From IMG/VR virus record IMGVR_UViG_3300025277_000015: a DNA stretch of 64,000 nucleotides, one strand, 5' to 3'. Shown one piece after another: positions 37,582-47,704 of this stretch. The notes under the pieces are model-generated. The model worked only from the letters and a program-made list of their open reading frames with translations. It was not told where the DNA came from and made no database searches. The DNA comes from an uncultured virus (IMG/VR IMGVR_UViG_3300025277_000015) (lineage: Duplodnaviria; Heunggongvirae; Uroviricota; Caudoviricetes). Every line of letters begins with the position of its first letter. Positions within the stretch are counted from its first letter, which is position 1. A program made the position numbers and the translations under genes.

Positions 37582-39983
37582 TGGCTATTGAGAAGGGACT
37601 ATACTCCGCCCCAAAGGGGATCGACGAGGAAGTTGGTGAAGGAGAACTAGAAATTGAAATCGTAAACCCTGAAAGCGTTACGCTAGATGATGGGAGTATG
37701 GAGATAACACTCGTCCCAGGCGCAGAAGACGCCATGACAGGTGAGTTTGATGATAACCTTGCAGATATGCTAGAGGATAGTGACCTCAACTCTCTCGCTA
37801 AAGATATATGTGATATGGTCGAGTCTGACATCGACAGCCGCAAAGAGTGGGCAGATACCTTTGTTAAGGGTTTAGATGTACTTGGATTTAAGTATGAAGA
37901 GCGTACAGAACCTTGGGAAGGTGCGTGCGGTGTGTATTCTACAGTGCTTGCAGAGGCCGCTATTAGATTTCAAGCGGAGACAATGAGTGAGACGTTTCCC
38001 TCTTCTGGGCCAGTAAAGACTAAGATACTAGGGGAAGAGACTAAAGAGAAAGAAGAAGCCGCTGAACGTGTCAAAGCAGACATGAACTACGAGCTTACAG
38101 AGACTATGGTCGAGTACAGGCCAGAGCATGAGAGATTACTTTACAGCCTTGGGTTGGCAGGATCAGCCTTTAAGAAAGTATATTACGATCCTAACATGGG
38201 TCGTCAGGTAGCTGTGTATATCCCAGCAGAAGATGTTATCGTGCCTTACGGTGCGTCACACATAGAAACCGCAGAGCGTGTTACACATGTTATGCGTAAA
38301 ACTAAGAACGAGCTAAAGAAATTACAGGCAAATGGGTTCTACAGAGAAGTAGAACTTGGAGACCCCCAACCATATCACAGTGATATAGAGGAGCGGAAAG
38401 CAGAAGAAGGTGGATACTCACTTACGGATGATGATCGTTTCACTGTTTATGAAATACACGCTGACCTTATAATAGACGGTGCAGGCGATTCTGAGGAGGA
38501 TGATATCGCTAAACCCTATGTTGTAACGTTGGAGAGGGGTTCAAACGAGATACTAGCAATACGTAGAAATTGGAGTCAAGATGATGAACTGATGTTAAAA
38601 CGTCAACATTTTGTGCACTATGTATATGTTCCAGGATTTGGGTTTTACGGGCTTGGGTTGATCCACATTATCGGTGGGTATGCCAAGGCGGGAACATCCT
38701 TGATACGTCAATTAGTAGACGCTGGTACGCTCGCAAACCTCCCTGGCGGGTTGAAATCGCGCGGATTGCGTATCAAGGGTGACGATGCTCCCATAGAACC
38801 TGGGGAGTTCAAGGATGTCGATGTGCCGTCAGGGTCTATCCGTGACAACATCATGCCGCTACCTTACAAGGAGCCAAGCCAGACATTACTCGCACTCCTA
38901 GACAAGATAACACAAGAAGGCCGTAGACTCGGCGCGATTAGTGACATGAACATCTCAGATATGTCTGCTAATGCCCCTGTAGGAACAACACTCGCACTCT
39001 TGGAGCGCACACTCAAGCCGATGGCTGCAGTACAAGCACGTGTACATTATGCGATGAAGCAGGAGTTTAAACTTCTAAAAGTATTGATGTCAGAGTACGC
39101 ACCGATGGAGTATGCCTACCAGCCTGCTAGAGGGGAAGTAAGCGCACGACAAGCTGACTACATGCTCATAGACGTCATACCTGTCAGTGATCCAAACAGT
39201 TCCACTATGGCGCAGCGCGTTGTGCAGTATCAAGCTGTACTACAGATGGCGCAACAGGCTCCGCAGATATATGACTTACCGCAACTGCACAGGCAGATGA
39301 TAGATGTGTTAGGAATTAAAAATGCAGATAAACTTGTTCCAACAAAAGACGACATGAAACCCGTAGATCCTATCAGTGAGAATATGGCTGCATTACAGGG
39401 TAAACCGATGAAAGCCTTTATCTACCAAGATCAAGATGCTCACATTGAGACACACATGGCGTTTATGCAAGATCCGATGATCGCACAGATGATTGGGCAG
39501 AACCCACAGGCCAAACAGATAATGGCGTCTTTACAGGCACATATTGCTGAACACCTTGGGTTTAAATACCGCAAAGACATCGAAGAGCGTGTGGGTGTCG
39601 AGCTCCCTGCACCGAATGCAGAGTTACCTGAAGAGATTGAGGTTAACCTCGCTAGACTTGTCGCCACTGCCGCTAAAGATCTAACGCAAGCACATCAGCA
39701 ACAAGCAGCGCAACAACAGGCGCAGAAACAAGCTCAAGATCCGTTGTTCCAGCTTAAACAAGCAGAGGTGCAGATCAAACAAGCAGATGTAGATCGTAAA
39801 GCTAAGAAAGATCAAGCAGATGCAATGCGGGACGCTAAGAAGTTAGAACTAGACGAGCAAGAGATTATACTCGATGCGAAGAAAGACGGTATAAAGATGG
39901 CCGCAGATCGACGCACTTCTAACGCAAAAATTGATCTTGATACAATGAAGACAATGCAAGGAAGTAGAACTGGGAGAAAATAA
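37581..39983 (+). CDS. Portal protein
   Basis: About 800 aa directly after terL, with GSAFKKVYYD and a Gln-rich C-terminal coiled-coil barrel. Confidence 0.85.
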   Translation: MAIEKGLYSAPKGIDEEVGEGELEIEIVNPESVTLDDGSMEITLVPGAEDAMTGEFDDNLADMLEDSDLNSLAKDICDMVESDIDSRKEWADTFVKGLDVLGFKYEERTEPWEGACGVYSTVLAEAAIRFQAETMSETFPSSGPVKTKILGEETKEKEEAAERVKADMNYELTETMVEYRPEHERLLYSLGLAGSAFKKVYYDPNMGRQVAVYIPAEDVIVPYGASHIETAERVTHVMRKTKNELKKLQANGFYREVELGDPQPYHSDIEERKAEEGGYSLTDDDRFTVYEIHADLIIDGAGDSEEDDIAKPYVVTLERGSNEILAIRRNWSQDDELMLKRQHFVHYVYVPGFGFYGLGLIHIIGGYAKAGTSLIRQLVDAGTLANLPGGLKSRGLRIKGDDAPIEPGEFKDVDVPSGSIRDNIMPLPYKEPSQTLLALLDKITQEGRRLGAISDMNISDMSANAPVGTTLALLERTLKPMAAVQARVHYAMKQEFKLLKVLMSEYAPMEYAYQPARGEVSARQADYMLIDVIPVSDPNSSTMAQRVVQYQAVLQMAQQAPQIYDLPQLHRQMIDVLGIKNADKLVPTKDDMKPVDPISENMAALQGKPMKAFIYQDQDAHIETHMAFMQDPMIAQMIGQNPQAKQIMASLQAHIAEHLGFKYRKDIEERVGVELPAPNAELPEEIEVNLARLVATAAKDLTQAHQQQAAQQQAQKQAQDPLFQLKQAEVQIKQADVDRKAKKDQADAMRDAKKLELDEQEIILDAKKDGIKMAADRRTSNAKIDLDTMKTMQGSRTGRK

Positions 39984-40180
39984 TGGCAAAAACCGTCTTT
40001 GACGTGCTTAAAGATAACATCGAGGTTGATAAAGCCTCTGCACTAGAATTTCTTGGGAGTGGGGGCGCAAAAGACTTCGCTCAATACAAGGAAGTTGCTG
40101 GCCTTATACGGGGTCTGGAGTCCAGCATAGCACATATACAAGACCTCTCGCGCAACTATATGGAAGATGATAATGAATAA
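39983..40180 (+). CDS. Small head-module protein (65 aa)
   Basis: TAATG overlap; YKEVAGLIRGL motif. Confidence 0.7.
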   Translation: MAKTVFDVLKDNIEVDKASALEFLGSGGAKDFAQYKEVAGLIRGLESSIAHIQDLSRNYMEDDNE

Positions 40181-40559
40181 AGTAGCAGAACTGGATATAA
40201 ATGAGGTAGACGAGCAGGAACTAGAAGCACAACTACCCCGTCCTGTAGGGTATCGCATACTTATTGCAATGCCTGAAATAGAAGAAACTTTCGCAGATAC
40301 CAAGGTATTAAAAACCACCACTATAATACATCAAGAACATATCATGTCTATTATTGGACTTGTTTTAGATATGGGAGATCAGGCTTATTCTGATGTGGAA
40401 CGTTTTGGTGACACCCCTTGGTGTAAAGTAGGCGATTACGTAATGTTTCGTGCAAACACAGGCACGAGATTTAAAGTTGGTGGAGTTGAGTATCGTTTGA
40501 TGAACGATGATTCAATAGAAGCCGTAGTCAGCGACCCCCGTGGTGTATCACGAGCATAA
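40167..40559 (+). CDS. groES: GroES-like co-chaperonin
   Basis: PVGYRILI...GLVLDMG...WCKVGDYVMF...YRLMNDDSIEAVV. Confidence 0.8.
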   Translation: MIMNKVAELDINEVDEQELEAQLPRPVGYRILIAMPEIEETFADTKVLKTTTIIHQEHIMSIIGLVLDMGDQAYSDVERFGDTPWCKVGDYVMFRANTGTRFKVGGVEYRLMNDDSIEAVVSDPRGVSRA

Positions 40560-40570
40560 GGAAATAAGAA

Positions 40571-41626
40571 ATGGCATTTGAAAAAGTTGAGTATAGTTTT
40601 CCTGATGAGCAGGAAGATATTAAGAAACCCGAAATTGAAAGTTCATCGGCAATAGAGATTGATCTGGATAAAGGTAAGGATAAGAAAGAAGAGGCAAAAG
40701 CTGAGCCTGAACCCGAACCTGAAGTTAAACCTGAGCCTGAAGCTGAGAAAGAATTAGAAATTGAAGTCGTAGACGATACGCCTAAAGCAGATAGAAATCG
40801 TAAAACGTCAGAACCTCCAGAAGATGTAACTGAGGAAGAGCTTGAAGATTATTCTGAAAAAGTGCGTAAACGTATCCAACACTTTAGTAAGGGTTACCAC
40901 GATGAACGGCGTGCTAAAGAAGCGGCTTTTAGGGAGAAGCAGGAACTTGAGGCGTTAGCTCAATCTCTTGTTGATGAGAATAAAAAGTTAAAAGGTAGCG
41001 TTAACAAGAATCAGACAGCTCTACTAGAGCAAGCTAAGAAGGGAGCAAAGTCTGAGCTAGAAACAGCTAAGAACGCATACAAGGTTGCGTATGAGGCTGG
41101 GGACGCAGAAGCTGTCGTAGCTGCACAAGAAAGTTTAACGGCTGCTAAGATTAAAACTGATAAGTTAAATAATTTTAAGTTACCGACTTTACAGGAAGAA
41201 GAAACTCCTGTAAACAAGACAGCAGATACTAAATCTACTCCAGCGCCACAGGTTGCTGACGAACGAGCGATGACATGGGCGAAAGCCAATCCGTGGTTCG
41301 GCACCGATGATGAGATGACGAGTCTCGCGCTAGGGTTACATAATAAACTCGCTAAACAAGGTGTAGACCTTCAAAGCGATGAATACTACGAGGCAATAAA
41401 TACTCGTATGCAGCAACTATTCCCAGAGCAGTTTGAGGATGTTGCCCAAATGGAGGTTGAAAAGCCCAAACGCAAGGCCAACGTGGTTGCACCCGCTACG
41501 CGGAGCACGTCACCCCGAAAAGTGACATTAACGCAAACACAAGTGTCTGTAGCTAAGAGACTTGGATTAACTCCAGAACAATACGCCAAACAGGTTGCAA
41601 TAGAAATGAGGAAAGACAATGGCTGA
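40571..41626 (+). CDS. Putative scaffolding protein
   Basis: Acidic N-terminus, long coiled coil, NPWFG, C-terminal AKRLGLTPEQYAK; upstream of the capsid genes. Confidence 0.7.
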   Translation: MAFEKVEYSFPDEQEDIKKPEIESSSAIEIDLDKGKDKKEEAKAEPEPEPEVKPEPEAEKELEIEVVDDTPKADRNRKTSEPPEDVTEEELEDYSEKVRKRIQHFSKGYHDERRAKEAAFREKQELEALAQSLVDENKKLKGSVNKNQTALLEQAKKGAKSELETAKNAYKVAYEAGDAEAVVAAQESLTAAKIKTDKLNNFKLPTLQEEETPVNKTADTKSTPAPQVADERAMTWAKANPWFGTDDEMTSLALGLHNKLAKQGVDLQSDEYYEAINTRMQQLFPEQFEDVAQMEVEKPKRKANVVAPATRSTSPRKVTLTQTQVSVAKRLGLTPEQYAKQVAIEMRKDNG

Positions 41627-42068
41627 AAATCGCATAGACCGTGAATTAACTACTCGTGAAACATCAACACGTAAAAAGGCTTGGACACGTCCTGAAGTAT
41701 TACCTTCACCGACACCACAACCTGGGTACGCGTTTCGTTGGATCAGAACAAGTACTCAAGGGCAATCAGACGCCACAAACGTTTCTTCAAAATTACGTGA
41801 AGGTTGGGAGCCTGCAAAAGCTTCAGATCATCCTGAGATTACAATGGTAACTGTAGAAAATGAAAGATTTGCAGATAACGTTGTGATTGGTGGTTTGATG
41901 TTATGTAAAGCTCCGATTGAATTGGTAAACGAGCGCAGTGATTATTATAAACAGCAAACGGATAACCAAATACAGTCAGTAGACAACAACCTCATGCGAG
42001 AGAACGACCCTAGAATGCCCTTGTTTCACGACAGGAAATCTAAGGTTACTTTTGGAAAAGGCAATTAA
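41619..42068 (+). CDS. Head-module protein (149 aa)
   Basis: Overlaps the scaffold stop; GYAFRWIR and EGWEP motifs. Confidence 0.7.
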   Translation: MAENRIDRELTTRETSTRKKAWTRPEVLPSPTPQPGYAFRWIRTSTQGQSDATNVSSKLREGWEPAKASDHPEITMVTVENERFADNVVIGGLMLCKAPIELVNERSDYYKQQTDNQIQSVDNNLMRENDPRMPLFHDRKSKVTFGKGN

Positions 42069-42085
42069 TTTAGATCAAAGGAGAA

Positions 42086-42727
42086 TTGGATATGGCTTAT
42101 CCAACTATAGACGCCCCTTATGGGCTTGTTCCCGTTGGCCTGATTGGTGGTCGTCCTTACACAGGTGCTACTCGACAAATGAAAATAGCTAGTAACTACG
42201 GTACAGCTATTGGAAAAGGCGATCTGGTAAAACGTGTAAACGACGGAACTATTGAGCGTGACGGGAGTACAACAGCTTTCCCAGCTACTGGCACATTAGG
42301 TGTCTTCATGGGATGTCAGTACACTGACCCAAATACGAGTCAGTTAACATTCAGCAATTCGTATCCTGCTAGCACTGTTGCTAGTGATATTCATGCATAC
42401 GTTGCTGATGATCCTGACTTGATAATGAAAGTAGCTATTTGTTCTTCAGGAACAACAATGGCGACGTTGGGAAGAACTGTTATTGGTAATAAAACTTCAA
42501 TCATTAGTAATACATTAACTACTATTAATGGGCGTTCGAAGTTAGCTGCTAGTAGCAGCATTAATACCACCTCAACACTACCACTTCATATTATTGATGT
42601 AGTTGATAGCACGGCAACTGGAAGCGATACCTTCCAAGAATTGCTTGTTATCTTCAGCACCCATACTGATAATGGTAGCAACGTGTTCATTGGTGGACAT
42701 GCTTATCGTAACCCAGTTGGCCTATAA
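42086..42727 (+). CDS. Putative capsid decoration/minor capsid protein
   Basis: DAPYGLVPV...GDLVK...YVADDP, immediately upstream of the major capsid gene. Confidence 0.6.
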   Translation: MDMAYPTIDAPYGLVPVGLIGGRPYTGATRQMKIASNYGTAIGKGDLVKRVNDGTIERDGSTTAFPATGTLGVFMGCQYTDPNTSQLTFSNSYPASTVASDIHAYVADDPDLIMKVAICSSGTTMATLGRTVIGNKTSIISNTLTTINGRSKLAASSSINTTSTLPLHIIDVVDSTATGSDTFQELLVIFSTHTDNGSNVFIGGHAYRNPVGL

Positions 42728-42740
42728 AGGAGAATAACTA

Positions 42741-43649
42741 ATGGCTATTTCACGCGCACAGCTCCTTAAAGAACTGCTTCCTGGCTTGAACGCATTATTC
42801 GGTTTGGAATATGCAAAGTACGGTGAGGAGCACGCAGAGATCTTTGAATCAGAGACCTCTGATCGTTCTTTTGAGGAAGAAACTAAGCTATCAGGCTTTT
42901 CTGCAGCACCAGTCAAAGACGAGGGCTCTGCCATCGAATACGACAATGCTCAAGAGGCTTTCACGGCTCGCTATAACCATGAGACAATCGCAATGGGCTT
43001 TTCAATTACTGAAGAGGCTATCGAGGATAACTTGTATGATTCTTTATCAGCTCGTTATACTAAAGCGCTTGCTCGTGCTATGGCATACACAAAACAAGTT
43101 AAGGCAGCTACAATTTTAAATAATGCCTTTGACTCTGGCACTACTTATGGAGATGGAGTGGAGCTTTGTTCTACTGCACACCCACTAGTAAGTGGCGGCA
43201 CTAACTCGAATGAGCCAGCAACTGCGGCAGATTTGAATGAGACTTCACTAGAAGCAGCTATCATTCAAGTGGCAGGTTGGACAGACGAGCGCGGCTTGTT
43301 AATCGCTGCAAAACCTCGCAAACTTGTGATTCCACCGAACTTGCAATTCGTTGCAACTAGATTGTTGGAAACAGAAGGTCGCGTAGGCACAGCAGATAAC
43401 GATCTAAACGCGATCCGCAACAACGGTGCTGTTCCTGAAGGTTATACAATAAACCACTATCTAACAGATACAGATGCATGGTTCTTGTTAACCGACGTTC
43501 CAAACGGTCTTAAACACTTTAACCGTAGTCCAATGGCGACATCTATGGATGCTGACTTTGACACAGGTAACAGTCGTTATAAAGCCCGTGAGCGATACAG
43601 CTTTGGTGTATCAGATCCACTAGGGATCTTCGGCTCACCTGGAGCATAA
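42741..43649 (+). CDS. Major capsid protein (Mu gpT-like)
   Basis: Strong AAGGAG RBS, MAISRAQLLKELLPGLNALFG...RYKARERYSFG, followed by a terminator. Confidence 0.85.
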   Translation: MAISRAQLLKELLPGLNALFGLEYAKYGEEHAEIFESETSDRSFEEETKLSGFSAAPVKDEGSAIEYDNAQEAFTARYNHETIAMGFSITEEAIEDNLYDSLSARYTKALARAMAYTKQVKAATILNNAFDSGTTYGDGVELCSTAHPLVSGGTNSNEPATAADLNETSLEAAIIQVAGWTDERGLLIAAKPRKLVIPPNLQFVATRLLETEGRVGTADNDLNAIRNNGAVPEGYTINHYLTDTDAWFLLTDVPNGLKHFNRSPMATSMDADFDTGNSRYKARERYSFGVSDPLGIFGSPGA

Positions 43650-43657
43650 AACTTTTT

Positions 43658-43690
43658 AGAGGGGGCGGTGCAAATCGCCCCTTTCTTTTT
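43658..43690 (+). terminator. Rho-independent terminator after the major capsid gene
   Basis: GGGGCGGT-GCAA-ATCGCCCC followed by TTTCTTTTT. Confidence 0.85.
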
Positions 43691-43771
43691 ACACGGGTTC
43701 GTGTATAATACAAAAATTACCTTGACAGTTGCATCGGGCGACTGACACTAGCCAAGACAAGGAGATTTTAC

Positions 43772-44677
43772 ATGGCTAATACAACATTTAACGGTTCCGT
43801 CCGTTCTGAAAACGGTTTCAAGCAAGTAACAAAAAGTTCTACTTTAGGTACTTTTACAGATAATTTTACTGTTAATTCTAGCGGCGCTGTCTACGGAACA
43901 GCAGGCGCACATTTTAAATACACTGCAGCAGCAGGCTACGGCCCAGCCGACCTTGTTGTAGGTAAAGGTGGTTCAATAGGGGGTACAGTAAACCCTTATG
44001 CAGAAAGTTCTACAGCGCTGTTCCAAACAGGTACAAAACTATTTTACGGTAATAACATCTACCGATATGGTCAATGTGGCGGTACAGCGGTTACTGCAGG
44101 TAAACTTGTTCAACACGCAGCAATAGACTCCAACCACGCGAACATGACCGCAACTGCGGCTGTATCTGCAGGTGAGACTGATATCTCAGTTGAAACAGGT
44201 GGTAACGACATGACTCTTAACGAGTATGCAAATGGTTATCTCTGGGTAAATGACGTGAATGGTGAAGGCCAAACAATGCGGGTTAAATCTAATCCAGCTC
44301 ACGATCACTCAGCAGATCCTAGTGTTGTCATTACTACATATGATGCTTTAGCAACTGCACTGACTACAAGTTCGCAACTTTCAATAATTCACGATCCGTA
44401 CACAGGTTTGATCGTAGCTCCTGCTACAGAGACAGGCTGCGTTATGGGTGCAACAGTTATTGATATGACCGCAGACTACTATGGTTGGTTTACAGTATCA
44501 GGCCCACAAGCTTTGTTAACTGTTGGCACAGTCGTTGTTGGTAACATCGCAGTTCGTTCAGGCGGCACTGCTGGAGGCGTTGCTCCTGCTACTGATAATG
44601 TTCTTACCGAGATTGGGGAAGTGATGGCAGTGAGCGCTAACACAGAATACTCTCTTGTTTGGATGAACATACAATAA
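43772..44677 (+). CDS. Putative head fibre/decoration protein (301 aa)
   Basis: MANTTFNGSVRSENGF N-terminus, Gly/Thr/Ala-rich beta content. Confidence 0.55.
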   Translation: MANTTFNGSVRSENGFKQVTKSSTLGTFTDNFTVNSSGAVYGTAGAHFKYTAAAGYGPADLVVGKGGSIGGTVNPYAESSTALFQTGTKLFYGNNIYRYGQCGGTAVTAGKLVQHAAIDSNHANMTATAAVSAGETDISVETGGNDMTLNEYANGYLWVNDVNGEGQTMRVKSNPAHDHSADPSVVITTYDALATALTTSSQLSIIHDPYTGLIVAPATETGCVMGATVIDMTADYYGWFTVSGPQALLTVGTVVVGNIAVRSGGTAGGVAPATDNVLTEIGEVMAVSANTEYSLVWMNIQ

Positions 44678-44685
44678 TTAAATTA

Positions 44686-44705
44686 GGTAGGGGGAAACCC
44701 CTACC
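44686..44705 (+). other. Intergenic GNRA-capped hairpin without a U-tract
   Basis: GGTAGGGG-GAAA-CCCCTACC. Confidence 0.6.
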
Positions 44706-44725
44706 GCCTCATAAAGGAGATTTAA

Positions 44726-45337
44726 ATGAGCCATTCAGCAAATTCTGATGTTTCCGCCTTAACAGTAAGTGATGAGAACGCTGCAGATGCAGATCGTCTA
44801 GTTACTGCCGCAAGACCCGACACTTCAGCAACTATGGCTAATACGACCTTTGCAGGAGGAGCAGCTAGAAATGTTACTGTAACAACTGCAGGGACAGGCG
44901 ATAATGCAAAAACGTGTACGATTACAGGTACAGACGTGTTTGGAGATGCTATGACCGAGGTTATTACTTCTACAAGTTCTGCCGAGGCAGTTGCAGGAGC
45001 AAAATTATTTCTTACGGTTTCAGCCGTAGAGTGTTCCGCGCAATATGCAGCTAATATAACAGTAGGTTCAGGAACACTATGTGCTCAAGCTATACAAGGT
45101 AGTAATAGAATAAGACTTAAAGGTATGTCTATTGTTTCAGGTGGTACAGCAGGAACTGTAGAGTTTGTAAATGGAGCCCCTGAAGATGGTACTACTTTGT
45201 TTAAGGCTAGAACTATAGGTACAGCCAATACGACTGTAGATAGAACAATACCTGCCGAAGGTGTTTTATTTGATAGCGGTATGAGCGTTAAATATACAGT
45301 TGACGTCGCAGATATGATAACGTTCTTCTATGCGTAA
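44726..45337 (+). CDS. Putative virion structural protein (203 aa)
   Basis: AAGGAG RBS, Thr/Ala-rich. Confidence 0.65.
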   Translation: MSHSANSDVSALTVSDENAADADRLVTAARPDTSATMANTTFAGGAARNVTVTTAGTGDNAKTCTITGTDVFGDAMTEVITSTSSAEAVAGAKLFLTVSAVECSAQYAANITVGSGTLCAQAIQGSNRIRLKGMSIVSGGTAGTVEFVNGAPEDGTTLFKARTIGTANTTVDRTIPAEGVLFDSGMSVKYTVDVADMITFFYA

Positions 45338-45644
45338 GTATTACAAAGCTGGTCGAAAAGTTCGCAAAGACACGGGCATGAAAGGCATGTCTATAAAAAG
45401 CGGCGATAAACGTCCTACCAAGTCTGGTGCGGGCATGACCGCTAAAGGTGTTGCAAAATACAGACGTAACAACCCTGGCAGTAAATTAAAAACAGCAGTT
45501 ACAGAAAAGAAACCAACGGGTAAGCGGGCATCTAGGCGAAAGTCTTATTGCGCTCGTTCTGCGGGACAAATGAAACAGTTCCCTAAAGCCGCTAAAGATC
45601 CTAACAGTCGCCTAAGACAGGCACGCAAACGATGGAGATGTTAA
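45330..45644 (+). CDS. Small very basic protein (DUF6321-like)
   Basis: RRKSYCARSAG...KDPNSRLRQARKRWRC. Confidence 0.65.
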   Translation: MRKYYKAGRKVRKDTGMKGMSIKSGDKRPTKSGAGMTAKGVAKYRRNNPGSKLKTAVTEKKPTGKRASRRKSYCARSAGQMKQFPKAAKDPNSRLRQARKRWRC

Positions 45645-46088
45645 ATGCCCGCAGGTAAAAGAAGTAAAAAATTAGGTAACTTGAGAGACCTTACACCCGC
45701 TACCGCAGAACAAAAAGCGCTAAAGAAAAGAAGAATAAAAAAAGGGATGCAGCTCGCTCCCTTTTATGAGCCAGAAAAAGGGCCAGCGTTTGAACAAACA
45801 GGTAGGGGGACACCTCCTAGCAGGTCTATGGCTCCTAAAAAATCAGTACGCCCTAAAGCTGCACCGAGGGCATCTCAAAAGTTAAGTGCTAGAGAAGCTG
45901 CAGAGTTAAAACAAAGCGGTGTTAAGTACGAGGGTATACCTGAAGGATCTGTACCAGCTACAGCTATGCCAAAAGGTAATATGATGTTGTCAGCTAGAGA
46001 ACGAGCTGAGATGGGTATGAAAAAAGGCGGTAAAGTTCGCGGTGCAGGTATTGCTCGTAAAGGTGTACGTCCAGCAAAAATGGTATAG
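45645..46088 (+). CDS. Basic protein with C-terminal KKGG/RGAGIARKG tag (147 aa)
   Basis: In-operon ORF whose tail is shared with the next gene. Confidence 0.7.
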   Translation: MPAGKRSKKLGNLRDLTPATAEQKALKKRRIKKGMQLAPFYEPEKGPAFEQTGRGTPPSRSMAPKKSVRPKAAPRASQKLSAREAAELKQSGVKYEGIPEGSVPATAMPKGNMMLSARERAEMGMKKGGKVRGAGIARKGVRPAKMV

Positions 46089-46091
46089 TTT

Positions 46092-46349
46092 ATGGAAGAA
46101 GATGATCCTAATGAAATTGAAAAGTTAGCTACTAAAGGTAGAGACTACATTAAGAAACTCAAAGAGAAGTTTCGTGAAGGTATGTCAGAAATGGATTATA
46201 AACTCTATAGTATGCAAACAGAAAAAGGGGCAAAAGAGTACAATACACCTTACCCAGAAGTTCGTAGTGAACCAAGGTATAAAAAAGGCGGTAGAGTTCG
46301 TGGAGCAGGTATTGCCCGTAAAGGTGTACGAAAGTGTAAAATGAGGTAG
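46092..46349 (+). CDS. Small protein with C-terminal KKGG/RGAGIARKG tag (85 aa)
   Basis: 46281-46330 matches 46020-46069 at 46 of 50 nt. Confidence 0.7.
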   Translation: MEEDDPNEIEKLATKGRDYIKKLKEKFREGMSEMDYKLYSMQTEKGAKEYNTPYPEVRSEPRYKKGGRVRGAGIARKGVRKCKMR

Positions 46350-46351
46350 TC

Positions 46352-46795
46352 ATGTATGAGTACGCTATAAAAGAAGTTGTTAAGATTGTTGATGGCGATA
46401 CCGTAGATGTTATTATTGATTTAGGGTTTAACCTTTCTAAAAAAGAACGAATACGGCTTGCTGGTATAGACACGCCTGAGAGTAGAACTAGAGACCTAGA
46501 AGAAAAAGCAATGGGTCTCGAAGCTAAAGATTATCTAACAAACAAAATTGAAGCTTGCGATGCTTTACGGGTTAAAACCGAGAAGGATGGTAAGTATGGG
46601 CGTATGCTAGGTTGGCTATACGACGGAGATGCTAATATAAACATGATAATGGTGACGGATGGTTATGCTTGGGAGTATGATGGGGGTACAAAAGACAAAA
46701 GCCTCGAAGCTCTCAGAGCTATACGAAATGCTAAAGGAGATGCTGATGGCGATAAATCGATCACAGATGCAGACGCAGATACAACGTCCACCTAA
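46352..46795 (+). CDS. Thermonuclease (SNase-like)
   Basis: IVDGDTVDV, RIRLAGIDTPE, GKYGRMLG. Confidence 0.9.
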   Translation: MYEYAIKEVVKIVDGDTVDVIIDLGFNLSKKERIRLAGIDTPESRTRDLEEKAMGLEAKDYLTNKIEACDALRVKTEKDGKYGRMLGWLYDGDANINMIMVTDGYAWEYDGGTKDKSLEALRAIRNAKGDADGDKSITDADADTTST

Positions 46796-46877
46796 TAAAT
46801 ATTCAAAGCTTTCACAAAAACGAAAGAAAGTAGCTGCAAGGGAGAGAAAAAGAAAGGATGGCGTATCTACAAAGTAA
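46746..46877 (+). CDS. Small basic protein (43 aa) overlapping the SNase 3' end
   Basis: AAGGAG RBS before MAINRSQMQTQIQRPP... Confidence 0.55.
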   Translation: MAINRSQMQTQIQRPPNKYSKLSQKRKKVAARERKRKDGVSTK

Positions 46878-47547
46878 TATACCGTATTTTAAAGCGTGGG
46901 TTCGGAGAGAATACACTAAAAATTTAGAAGAATATCATGGAGATTTTTTACACGCTATGGTCGTCGCAGTAACAACAATGCCAAACAGAACACTCAGTTT
47001 TCAAGTTATATTTACTGGGTGTGAGTCTGATGATACTGACGATCCAAATGTTCATGGAGGGGCTATGTGGGCACGTATGCCGCTAACAGCACTTGTTGCA
47101 GATGTGTTATACGAAGAGTGGCCTACAGAACTTCCCCCCTATATAGCGCAACCTTGGGATTGTATGTCCCATAACCACGCTGTTTATAAGATAGAGAGGG
47201 CTTCACCTGCACCTTGGATAGCAAAAGTTGATGGTGAGTTCTTCCCTGCTAAATACTATTTCACTGTGGATTATACGGACAGTGAGGTAGCAGATGACCC
47301 CGCACAACATAAACAGAGTCATGTACTTGAATTATTAGACGCAGGAGAGTATACAGGTAATATTGTTGCTCTACCCAACAATAGAGTTCGGGTTACTCAC
47401 CCTGCGTGGTTTGAAACAGGTCAAGGTGCACCAGATTTTAAACCAAACCAACATACTTTTAATTCAAAAGAAGACGTGTCTTATGTTTGGGATACGCAAC
47501 GTGTGTTTAACAATATGTATACGGAGGAAGAAGAAGAAGATGCGTAG
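46858..47547 (+). CDS. Phage protein of unknown function (229 aa)
   Basis: Globular-looking ORF with GGAMWARMP, QPWDC and QHKQSHV. Confidence 0.8.
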   Translation: MAYLQSNIPYFKAWVRREYTKNLEEYHGDFLHAMVVAVTTMPNRTLSFQVIFTGCESDDTDDPNVHGGAMWARMPLTALVADVLYEEWPTELPPYIAQPWDCMSHNHAVYKIERASPAPWIAKVDGEFFPAKYYFTVDYTDSEVADDPAQHKQSHVLELLDAGEYTGNIVALPNNRVRVTHPAWFETGQGAPDFKPNQHTFNSKEDVSYVWDTQRVFNNMYTEEEEEDA

Positions 47548-47704
47548 ATACTATAAATCAGGGGGCAAGATTTGTGCCAAAGGCAAGTCTTGGGCAAAAC
47601 GTACTTTTGATACTTACCCTAGCGCATACGCTAATATGGCTGCCTCTAAGTACTGTAAAGATCCTAACTATGCTAAGGGTAGTAAAGGAAAGAAGAAAAA
47701 GTAA
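47540..47704 (+). CDS. Small basic protein (54 aa)
   Basis: MRRYYKSGGKICAKG...YPSAYAN; this is the 3' part of the 47363..47704 ORF in the track. Confidence 0.65.
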   Translation: MRRYYKSGGKICAKGKSWAKRTFDTYPSAYANMAASKYCKDPNYAKGSKGKKKK

